NCBI GenBank assembly: GCA_035352955.1
Contig: DAOPYQ010000010.1
Coordinates: 3,145-67,144 of the forward strand
DNA from: Candidatus Omnitrophota bacterium
GTDB taxonomy: Bacteria; Omnitrophota; Omnitrophia; Omnitrophales; Aquincolibacteriaceae
DNA: 64,000 nt
Direction: 5' to 3'
Shown: one piece after another, positions 40,101 to 52,100 of the stretch
Layout of the letters: the number at the start of each line of letters is the position of its first letter
Position numbering within the stretch: position 1 is the first letter of the stretch
Position numbers and translations under genes: made by a program
The notes under the pieces: generated by a model
What the model saw: the letters and a program-made list of their open reading frames with translations, nothing else
Database searches by the model: none
What the model was told of the DNA's origin: nothing

Positions 40101-43100
40101 CGCCGGGAGGAAGCGACGCACCGTCTTGGCAAAGTGGACTTCACCGACTATGTGACGAAAAAAACCGTCACGATCCTTTTTCCGAACGAGCTCTTGACCG
40201 TCGGACGGAATCCCAAGGATCGTTTGGATCGTCTCAAGGCGGTTCTTCAATTCCAGATCGAAAAAATGGACTGGATCCTTCAAGATAAGGACGCGGTCCG
40301 TTTGTCCGAAAGCAACCCGGAGGCTTTTGTGGGGGGGCTCGCCGCCGCCGGTTTTCGGATCGCGGAAAGTCTGACGGATGAGATCCGGATCCTAAATCTT
40401 GAGCAGGCAATCGCTCCAACAGGCGTCGGAGAAGCCCAGGATATCTTTCGAGGTCATCTCCTCAGCGTGGTGGAGCAGGGCTTGGGGCAAGCGGTTGCTG
40501 TCCGGAAAGAAGCGGCTTATCGTGAACATCTCGAGTTCCTCCTGCATCTTGAGTCTTTGGCGGAAAAGGATAAAGCCGCGGATGGCAAAGATGAAACGGT
40601 TGCGGGACGAAATGCCTTTTTGAAGTTGATCGGAGAGCTTTCGGTCGCGATCCCTTACCAGCGGTTCTTGAGGATCGCTCAAGCTCAGGGGAAAGTCCCT
40701 GTGACCATGACGGACATGGATGGAACGATGTCGGCCGCGGGAACGGAGCTGACCACGCCGATGGCGCATGCTCACCACGATGCGGCCACGAGCGAAACGA
40801 GCGCGATCCACTATATTACCGGGCAGGATTTCCGGGGTCCAAAAAAACAGATCATTGAACCGATGAAGCAGATCGAAAGGATCCTGTCATGGCTTAGCAT
40901 TCGGACGGGGGTCGCTCTTTCCCGCGAGGGAATGCACCAGATCTTTCAGAATATGTCCTTTGGAGCCTGCGCCGGAAGCGCCCTTTTTATCTATAAGAAG
41001 GGGGTTGGGTATATCAAGGTCAACCAGAGGAGCATTCCCAAGAAGCAGGTCGATCTGATCGTTCTAGCGTCCCGGCTCAGCATGCCGAAAGTTCCCTACG
41101 AGATCGAGGGATATCAGATCGAGCTCCGGGAACCGCAAATGGTACAGCGGCCGGATGGTTCCTGGAAAGCTCTTGGGTTCGCTTCCGTTGCCATCCTTCC
41201 GTCCGGGCGGTTTGACTCAAAACGGAATTGGGATTTGCCTCCCGAAGCCAAACTCCGCAAAAAGCAGGCCGCAATCATGGAAGCTTTGTTATCGGATCCG
41301 GGAGAGATGCTCAGGATCGTCAAGCAACTTCTTGGTAAGGGAAAGAACGCGGACTGGGAGTTTACCGTCCGCGGAAAAGATGGTGCCGAGAGGCGCATTA
41401 AGGTTCTGCCCGAGCAAAAAGAAGCGGTCCTGGAACTTTTTAAAAAGAACAAGGATAAGTGGGAAAATCCCGGACAGATCGCGCCTATTATCATTTCGGC
41501 CCAGGCCGGCGGCAGCACCACGACCGACGTTTCTGGAAGGAGCAAGGCCGAGGGCGTGGATTTTGCTCTGAGCGATCCTGATTTCAACGAAATACCGGCC
41601 ATTCAGGGCAGGGATGTTACGGTGGCGGCGATCGGGGACGAAATGCAGCAGTTTGAGTCGGAAGATCCGGACCGTCCGGGTGAAAAGATCCAGAGCCGGG
41701 GGAATGATTTTGCGATGGCGGAAGATCCCGTTGCTGAGATAGGACTTCTTGTTCATACGGGTTCGTGGGGAGGAACGTTGCCGAACACCGCGACGGCTTA
41801 TGATCCCCGCGGCATCGAGCCGTTTATCACGGTCGATCTTGTGACCTATTCCGGCCGGGCGGTCGCGCGCGGCGAGAACGTGAAGCGTGTCCTTGAGATG
41901 GAAAAAGAAGAGCCGGACAGATTTGGCGATATCTCGAAGTATCTGGTCACAAGTCTGGAAGATCTGAACGAAAGTCAGGCGTCCGAACTTTTGATCGCTC
42001 GCGGGGCCGGACGTTTGGAGATCCGCGCGAAAACGGGTGTTTCTTCTCTCGAAGCTTCGGATCGCGCGGAACGGCGTACGGCTGAAGATCTTGCCAGGGC
42101 CGTGATTGATCTGAAGATGACAGACCCCGCGGATGTTGAGGTTCTGCGTTACATCCAGGGCCGCCTTTTGGAAAAAGCCGAGAAGGGGCTCAAGGGGATC
42201 TCGGGCCTTTTGAGCCCGCAACAGAGTTTTAACGCTTCTGCCGGGATCGTCGCGGACATGATCGGCGCCGGGACCGAAGCAAGCGACAGGCCTCTCTTTG
42301 AGCGAATGGCGGCCTTTATTTTGAGGCCGACTCTCGACGGGAAATTTTCCCCAAGAGATGATCGTTTGTTCGAGGCGGTGAGGACCCTTTTCTCTTTCAC
42401 CGAGGGGGTTGCTCCCTCGAAACTGCGCTTTTCCGGGGCGGTTCGCGCTATCGGCGATCTTCTTCAGCCGGGGGTTTCCCTGACCGGAGGAAAACTCCGG
42501 GTTCATGAGAATATCCGGCAGCAGCAGGCGGAACATTTTCTCCGGTTGGTAAAGACCCTCGAAGGTCGGAACGAGAGGGCCGACCCGTCGATCGAGCAGA
42601 TGGTCATCAATTATTTGCTCTATACCGGAATGTCGCGCCTTTTCCGGGAACATCTTGTTCTGCACACGAGGGAATACTCCGGCGCTGCGGTCCAAAAGGC
42701 CTTTCTGATCCTTGATGCCGTGGATAAGGCCACCGGTCGTCGCGGCGAATTACGCGCCGATGCCGCCCGCGGTTTCGAACTCCGATACGATAAAGCGTCC
42801 GGGAACTACATTCTTGTTAAAAACAAAAGAGAGATCGAGCGAATTTCGTTCTACCGCGGCCCCATTGCCGTCGCGGGAGATCTCGTCCGGGCCTTGCAAT
42901 CCGAGGGGATCTCTGTTGTTCGCGATCCCGGCGATGTGAGCCGGATCATTTTCGGGGCCGGGCCGGAGGCTGTTGGCGAGTCGGTCTCGGTGTCGAATTT
43001 TCAAAAACTTCAGGAATGGGTTGCGTGTTCCCCGGCGCTTGCCGCAGGCGCGGCGGCCGCAAAAGAACCGCAGCATCCGATCAACTTTTTTCGCGACGGC

Positions 43101-46100
43101 CTTTTTGTACAGCATATTTTTCCGGAAGAAGCGGCGAAAAGCGGCCGGGGTGTCCGCGCCGAGAGGCGGGATGCTGTCGTCGAACCAGGACCTGCCGCGG
43201 AGGTCGAGGGACAGGAAGAGATCGTGATGAAGGCTAAAGCCCTGCCGATCAGCTCCGTCAGCGGGACCGTTCTTTTTATGCCCCGGACGAAGCTTTCCCT
43301 GTATTGGTACGTTGATGCCGAGAATCTGCCCGCGGCACTTGCGACCACCCTCCGGTTCACTGAAGAAATGTCCGAGGATCTCGGGGTCATGTTTCCCAAG
43401 TCGACCGGAGCCTACCGGCCGTTCGTCGATCTTGAATATTACAAACAGAAGGCTTCGACTCTGTTGAAAGAAGTTCTTGAACTTCCACTTCCGGACCAGG
43501 GACAGACGGGCAAGGGTTTGCAAAAAGTCAGGGAGCTTTTCAAATACCGTCACTTTTTACCGTTTGTCCGCATCGGGGTTTCCGAACGAGAAGTGTTGAT
43601 CGCAAAGTTCGAAAAGCTCGTCGCTGAAGAAGCGGACCGGCGGGATTCCGAGATCGTGAATTCCTTGATCCAGTTGCAGGGCCTGTCGTATGAGCATTGG
43701 CTCGAACTGAAACTTGTGCTTGCGACGGTTCAGCGAGAGGCGCTGCAAGGACAGGCTCTTTTGGAAAATATGCCTACGTTGAACACCGCTACGGCGGATC
43801 AATGGGGTTCTCCGGAGATGGTCCGCGAACTTGGGATACTGTTGTCGAATCTCGGTAAGTCCCATCCGGCACGGAGTCATCCCGCCCTGGTTCGTTTCCT
43901 CGAAGATTATCATGATGCCGATATTGCGTCATCCGGGGCGGAAGAAGGACGCGATCTCGAAGAACTGATCGTAGCGTTGAAAAAGAACGGGAAACCAGAA
44001 GCGACGCTCCTTCACCCGCTTGCCGCGATCTCGAATTTTTTGGTCGACGAAGAACCTCAACCGGAGCCGGGAGAGCTCGGAATGTGGAGGAACGGTTTCT
44101 TTATGGATCACGTGCGTGATCGTATCGCGTTGCTGAGTCACCGGGCCCGTGTTCAGCAGCAGAAAGAGCAGGGGGAAAACGGGGACGAACTGCTTGAAAA
44201 AGAATGGGCGCTTGCCCTTCGGGCGATCCAGGGTATTGAACGGCAGTTTATGGCGGAGGCACAATCCCTCGAGAGCCGGTTGCGCGGCTACCATGAGAGG
44301 GAGAAGAAAGTGGCGGAATATAAAGCGCGGCGTGCCAATCCTGTGGGGCTTAACGCTGAAGACCTTCGCAGTTTGGACCGTAAGATCAAGGACGGGGAGC
44401 AATTTCTTGAGGAATTTAAAGACCTCAGCAGTTCTTTGGCGAGGTCTCAGAGCAACATGGTGAATCTAAAAAGTAATTTTTTAAACGATCTCAATGATCC
44501 CGAGTTCAAGATACGGGCTTTTGCCGCCGTGAAGGTTTCCGGAGAAAGCTTGATCGAATACCTTTACCGGGAAAAGAGCGGGGATATGCGGATGGTTACC
44601 GGGCTCGCTCTGCGAACGTTGCTCGAAGAACTTCCGGAAGCCTCACGGGTGATGAAACGGGGGATGGCCGATCTCGTTAGTAATTATCACGTGGGCTTGC
44701 GCCGGATCCTGGAAACTTTTGATGACGAAGAGAAACCGGCGGCGGAAAAATCTCAAGGTTCGGAACGCGTGTGGGGGGACGGAAAAGGTCCGGTCGTGGT
44801 ACTGATCCGGGGATTTGTCGTCGATTCCCAGGTGGAAAATATCCGGAAGATCCTCGGGAAGCGTTTGGTCGGGATCTTTGCGACGCAAGGGGACAAGGGA
44901 ACGCATTGGGTCCAGCTTTTGCTTAGCCGGTCGAACCGTCCCGGGTTGGCGTTCCTGAGCGAGGGGAAATATAAGGATCTTCTCGACAATATCCGGGAAG
45001 GTGACACCGTGGCTCTCAAACTCCAGGAGGGATCGGAAGAGGCCGAGGTGATCCACCATCCGTCCGCCAAGACGCTTGCGGAAATTCACGCGGCTCAGCG
45101 GGAAGAAGCCTTATTGCGAGGCGGCGAAAAGATCCTCGAGGCCGCCCGCACGAGGGTGCCCGTTCGGGTGACGCTGGACACCCAGAACCCTGATGCGTTG
45201 AAGGCGGAAGGCTCCGCGGGGGCGGGGCTCGTGCGAGGGGACGTCATGAACCATGCCATGCGAAGGCGTTACTCCGCGGTTTTGGAGGCGATCGGAAGGA
45301 ACAAGTTTGATTTTGAGGGGTGGTTCCGTTTGTGGGGCACGGTCGATTTCAGGGGGATGAAGTCCGGGGCGGATCTGGACCATTTTCAGCAGGACCTGAC
45401 GAGGGTCCTGGACGTGGACGCCCTGATGGAGGTCCAGGGTTTTCTCGCGGAACTTGTGGCTGAGGATCTGGCGTTGCTCCGGAACGCCAGGGGGCGCGTG
45501 CCTTTCCGGACCATCGACCTTGTCAATGACGACAGCAAGGGACAGGAAATGGTCAACCTGATCCTCGAGATGCAGCGTCGTTATCCTCATTCGAATCTGG
45601 TCAGGGACCTCAACAAAGGTTTTTTTAGTTTCCATTTTTATGAGAACAGCCAAGCCGGCCTGTTTGTTTTGATCAAACAGCTGACGGCCGAGTTCATTGC
45701 GGCGCATCAGCTCGCGGAAGAGGGTGGGAGCCCGCAACTGGCCCCGCTTTTTCCGATGGTCGAATCCGCCGCGCAGATTGATTTTATCCAACGTGAGGTT
45801 CTTCCCGTCGCGACCCGCCTCGCGGTATGGAACATCGCTTCCCAGAAAATGAAAGAGCAGAACCTGTCGAACGGCGAAAGGTTCGAGCTTCTCCGCAAGA
45901 TCGAAGAATCGATGCGGGAGCAGGTGCTCGGCAAAACCCGGTTTGGGGTGATGGTGGAAACAAGGAGCCTTCTCAGGGATCCGGAAGAACGCAAAAAGAT
46001 CATCGCGCATCCGCTCGTCAGTTTCTTTAATTTTGGCACTAATGATCTGACACAGCAGGCGGCGTCGGATGCGATCGGGCATAACGTTCGGAGGGACGAC

Positions 46101-49100
46101 CCGGAAAGCTCCTACTTTTTTTCCCCGATGTACGGCGAGCTGGTCAATGAGGAAGACGCGCTTCTGACGGATCTGGCGGCGTATAACCGGGACAGGCCGG
46201 AATCTCAAAATAAAGACGCGGACATTTGCGGGCAGAAGGCGAGTGATGATAATTTTCTTAATCCGGTGACCCAATGGGACCGTCAGGGGATCCCGATTTC
46301 CGTGAGCGTTCCCCCGGCCGATATCCCGCATGTGAAGCACGTTCTTCTCCGTCTTCAACAGGTTCCGGCGGAGCGCCTCGATCAGACCACCAAACTTCCG
46401 CTTTCAGCCAGGGATATTGAACTGCTGGATCTCCGGGTGTCCGAGCTGAACGCGTCTCTTTTGGGGGAATCCCGGAAATTCCTGAAAACGGCCTACGAAT
46501 GGCACGACCGGTATCGTGAGGCGGGGTTCTACAGGAATTTTTACCGTTCGGACCTGAACCCTGTGGAGGGGCTCGGGAGTGTTCGGGAATTCTATTATCT
46601 GAGAAAGCTTATCCGGTCGAGGATGAGTGATTCGAGGAAGGATGATCCCGCAGAGCCGGTTACGAGCAAAACCGTGGCGGCGATGGTCAGGGTTCTTTCC
46701 AAAAACGGATTTTTGCTGCCTTACGAACAGGAAGGATTGATCCGGGGGTTCGTGTTTCTGGACGCTGTCCGGCGGGCGTATGGCAGGCTGGGGTTGACGG
46801 GATCTATCGATCCTTCCAGGCTTGAAGAATTGATCGCTGTTTTTTCCGAAGAAGAACCTGCGCCCTGGTTGCCGCCGCTTCCTCCGGATGCCACTGCGGA
46901 GGACCGGGCCAAAAGGGCGAACGCGTTTTACAAGCAGTATTTTTCCCATGCAAATCTTGTCTTTAATACGATGATACGGTACGTCCACGAGGGTTTCATG
47001 GAATTATTTCCGCCCGCGTCGGAAAATGTGCAGGTGATCGGAACGTTGAAGAGCGCGAACGGGCGCGAGATCCTGCTTCGCAGAGCCGATCGTTCCGGAG
47101 TCATGTTTGAGCGGGACGAAGGGTTCGTTTATAAAACGGCGGCGGAACTTTATGTCGAGCCTCAGGATATGGCCGCGCTGGATCAACTGCTCAAAGAGGA
47201 CCCCTCGGCGGTCATCGAACTTTTCAAAATGGTCGTGGGGCCGCGCGGAAGGCTGCGGATCGGCTATGGGATCCAGCGGGCGATCGTCAAAGCGGTTGCG
47301 ACCATGCCCGAGCGCCAGGATCTTTCTCCGGAGATGAGGTCCAAACTTGACCGGGCCTTGAAGGAATTTTTCACGATGCCCGAGGATATTTCGTACGCGT
47401 TTTGGCGCATGCACCGGTTCGGTTTTTTGAGAAAGTGTTGTCCGGGGTACGATGCCATGCGGGCGGATTTCCTGACGGGGGAAAACCGTTTTTCAGTTCA
47501 TATGGAGACGTTCCAGGCGATCGAATTCATGGAAGGACTGCCCAGACGCGGCGAGTTCGCCCTCGCGCATGCCAGGGAGGTTTCATTGAAGATCCGAAAA
47601 GACCAGGGCGAACACGCTTCCGGAATCCTCCGCCTGGCCGTATTTTTGGACGGGATCATGCGGAGTGTTTATAAGACCGCGCCGATGTCTCGCGATGAAG
47701 TCGCCGCGTTCGTGAATAAGGAGCTTGAATCCCGGGGATGGTCTGGGGAGGACCGCGCGAAGATCTCCTGGCTTATTTACGAGAAAAGGATCCTTGCGGA
47801 CCTCGATCCGATGTCGGACCAGGAAGTGGCCGAGACGCTTGCGAAAGTTCTCTCCGGATGGAACCAGAAATCCGGGATGATCGATCTTTTGTACATGATG
47901 CTTTTGGCGACGCGGATCGGTTCTATGAGGCCCAGCAAAATATTGCTGGCATTGCGCCAGGGCCCGGAATCGGGGCTTGCGGGCTGGGAGGAATTCCACC
48001 GGGTCGGGACCGCAGTCCTTGATAGCGGAACCCAAAAAAGTCCGTTGATTGACCTTTACCGTAGAGCGGGCGAAGTCCGCCAGTTCATGCTTGCGGAGGG
48101 GGCGGTCGGGGAGCTTGCGGGGGAACTTGCCGCGAGCATCAGGGATCCCAAGGTTTTTCAGCGGTTGTTCGATGAAGCGAACGTTGTGAATGTTCCTTTG
48201 TCGGCGGCAGAAAAGGGTCAGATCCTGGCTTTTCTGAGCGACCCGGATTTCTTTAAGGTTCTTTTCCAGAAATATGTTGAACGCTTCGGATGGCGTTATA
48301 TTCGTGCGCTCGACCTGGAGGAACACACGCGGGACCGCAAAACGATCCTGAAACAGCTTCTTTTTCTTGCGGCGCTGGAATTTTTGGCCGGGAAGGGTAA
48401 GTCGGATGCGCTGACGATCGCTGAATTTCCTCTTCCTTTGAGCGAGAACCGGGCGCCTTACGAGATCCTGATCGGGGTTCCTGTGGCGGATTCCGAGGTT
48501 CTGTCCGCCGTTCACCTTACCTCCAGGGCGCTTTACCAACACGGGTTTGTGATCGAAGATATGTCGGCATCGGTCCTTGGCACAGGGTCGGGGGTCGTGC
48601 TCCGGTTCCTCGGGGTTTTTCCCGCGAAAATTACGGATTCCGCCTCCGAGTTGCAAAAAGTCCGTACCGATCTACAGAAGATCTTTGAACGGCAAAAATG
48701 GTCGGTTGTCCGTTTCCTGAGTGGTTCTGACGAAAAACGGATCGTCGGTCGCCGGTATCATGCCATGGATAATTTGTTCCGCGGTCCCCTCCGCGTCTGG
48801 CGACGGGGTGCCGTGGGAGGCGCTGCTTCGCGGGTTAAATTGACACCGCACCGGTTTCGCAACAACGTGCTGGTCCTCAATGCCACGACGGTGGACTATC
48901 CGGGGCTGATCGCTTTTGTAAGTGGCATGCTCGCAAGAAATTATAAGCTGAACGGGCGCGATTTCAGCATGACGGACCTGAGCGGCGGGGTGACGCGTAT
49001 CATGGCCTACATTGAACGAGAAACAACCTCCGAAGAGCCGGGTTTTCAGCAGCGGATCGAAAAAGAGATGAAGGAACGGCTCGAGTATCCGGCGGCCGAG

Positions 49101-52100
49101 ATGGATGGATCGAAAATAAAGAATCTGAGTGAGGCCGACCGAGCTGAGAAACGGGGAGAGAAAAAGGAAGCGGTTGTTCGCGGAACAACGAAGGCCGGCG
49201 CCTCGGAAAGAAAGAAAGCTTCCGCGGAGAAAATCCAGAAGCCCACGGTCGATATGAATTGGAAAAAAATAAAAACGGATCAGGAGAGAACGCTTAAAAA
49301 CAGCGGCGTGAAATTCTATCCCGATGTCAGGGACGGCTCCGGTGCGGGATTTGAAGTCGAAATGGGTTCGGCGCGGTGGCAATACTGGCTCGAGACCGGG
49401 AAAGATCCGGTGTCCGAAAAGTCGTTCGTTCGGGTGATCAACTGGTTTGTGTCGCACGGGCGAAGGAGGGTCTTTCCCGAGCAATCAAGTTCGGATCGTT
49501 CCCTCAGCTTTCGTCCTCTCGAGAGTGCGGAGGGTCCGGTTCGTGCGATTGTGTCGGTCGGAATAAATGAAAAAGAAGGTATTTCCGTGACAATAGCGGA
49601 TGTAAGTCCCGCGGGATTTACGTCTCCGGTGGTCCGTTGGGCCGACAAGCCCGGAACTTCATCGGAAGAGATGCTTTTTGAGACTTCCAAGGGTTCTCCG
49701 ACATCATCTAAGGGTTCGGAAGGTTCTTCCGGGCTTCCCCAGCAATTGGGAGCTCCTGACGCGTTTCTTCCCGCGCACGCGGCTTCGCCATCGAGCGCAG
49801 AGCCGAGTTCGGGGGAGCTTTTGGCCAAAGATGATTCCAGCCTCGGAATGGCCGTCAGGGTTCCGAAAGACAGGCCTTTTTTAGTTGATGTCGGTCATCG
49901 AATCGTGACCCTTAATCCCGCGTTTGACAAGACTCGCTACCGGTTCCTGTCCGTTCCGGCCACGCGGTCTGAGGACGGAACGGTGATGACCGTTTACGAC
50001 CGGCTTGTGTGGGCCATGACGCAGGTTCTGGAAAACTGGGCTAAACTTCCCGAGGAAGTGAAATCCGGCGAGGAAAAACTGGTCTCCAGGCCGTCGGAGG
50101 CGGGCGTGATGACGCAGGCAAAAGGCGTGAAAATGACGGAGGACCCGGAATTGTTTGTGGCACGGAAAACAGCCGAACTTGGGAAGCTCTGGAAGATCCT
50201 CGGGGATTCCGGGCCTGATTTTGCGTGGGTGTTGGATGAAGATGCGCTGAAGGATTTTATGGCTGAAGCGGCTTATCGTAATCACCGGGGAGTTCGGGAA
50301 TTTATAAAAAAATATTTCGAGATGGTCCTTTTTTACGCGGAGGCCGGTCCGGAATTGCGCGGTGAGATGATGGCCGGTTTACGGGACAACCTGCCGGAAA
50401 AATTCCGGGGGAGGGTGTTTTCGTATACCGCGTTCGTAAAGGCCGCGCTTTTAAAAAACAGGCCCTTTTCCAAGACGGTCTTTCTCCGTGAACGTCCACC
50501 TTCTATTGTTGCATGGAAGGGAACCAAGGACGCGTCGTGGCAAAATTCAATGGCTTTCGAAAATTCGGTTTACCGTTTTGAACAAGGAGAAGATTGGTAC
50601 ATCGCGGCGTTTGCGGAATGGGCAGGGCGCACGTTCCTTTTCTACAAAACAACGCGTCTCCGTGACTGGCAGCATGCGGATTTTGTCCGTGAACTCGGAA
50701 GCCGTTACGAGCCCATGGCGGATGTCCCGGGGGGGATGACCCTTTTGTCGCCGCAACTTTCGGCCAAGATCGAAGCGCTTGTCGCCGGCACGCCCGGCGT
50801 GGTGAAAACGGTCGACAAGAGCGTTTTCGGGAATGTTGCCCGGGAAAAAGGGCTTGTTGGTTTTACGGATAATTCGGTGCTTGAAAAAGTCCTTGGCTCA
50901 AAAAAGCTGGAGGCCCTGAAACACGAGCTTGAAAACCTTTCGCTTGCGGACCGTCCGTATTTTGTCATGGTCTGGAAGCGGCCGCTTTTGGGAGCGTGGA
51001 TCGAAAAGCGGTTTGGCCGGTGGCTCGACAAGTGGCTGGGGAACAGTCTGTTGATTTGGTATAAAAAGTCCGCGAGCGCCCAGATCCGTCAGACGGTTGA
51101 ACGGATGGTTGCGATGCTGAAAGAGCGGGACCGTGTCTCAAAAGAGCGCGGGGTAAGCGCTGTCGCGTCCGGTCCCGATCTTGGGCAAACGGCTCCGAAG
51201 GACCGCGCAGAAAAGCGTGTAGGGGCGGTCACGAGGCCTCTTGAAATGTCCGCCGCAGAGGCGGCCCGGGTCCGCAAGATCTTCATTCTCGGCCACCAAG
51301 GGCAGGGTAACACGCAGCTGAGCTATGACGTTAAACACTTTTCGGTGCTGGTCCCGCTTCTTTTGACGCGGTTTCCGAACGCGCAGGTGGATATGGCGGT
51401 GGATTATGCCAACCTTTTTGCGGCGCGGCGTTTTGCCGACCGGGTCTCGATCGTGAGGGACCCCGCTTATTCCGAAAGGACAGAGCCACAGGAACCGGTC
51501 CGGGTGATCTATGTGCCTACGGGGGCGATCGCGGATGCCGTGGATCGCGGGAATTCCGCGGCCCTTGTCGATTGGCTCGCGGCCGGGGGTTATGATTACG
51601 TTCTGGATTTTGCGCAGTGCGGGGTGGGGCTTGAAGAATCCCTTTTTGAACTTTCTCAAAGACCGGCGCCCGCGGACGGTAGCGCCCGGCCGAAGCTTCC
51701 GGTGGCATTTCTCAATATGAGCCCGCTTCCCGGGACGAATCCTTCGATGACGGATGTGCCGGATCCCGTTTTTAGGGTCGATGTGAACCTTTCCGAGGGG
51801 GAGCATCTGTCCCGGGTCCGGGGGACTGAGGACCTTAACCGGACAACCCCGTTGGGCCGTGAGGCGCGGTATTGGGAGATGATCTTCCGGGTCTACCGGG
51901 AGATGGGGCTGTTGAGAGAAAGAATGGATCTTCAGCTGCTCGATCTCGGGAACTGGGGGCTGGATGATCTGGAGAAGGATTGGGTCAAGCCATCGCTGGA
52001 AGGAATGCTTCGTAGGAGTGGTCTTTCGGAATCGGAAGCCCGGGACGTTCTCGCCTCGGGGCGGAAATTCATTTATGTGAACGTTTTTTCGCACAGTTAT

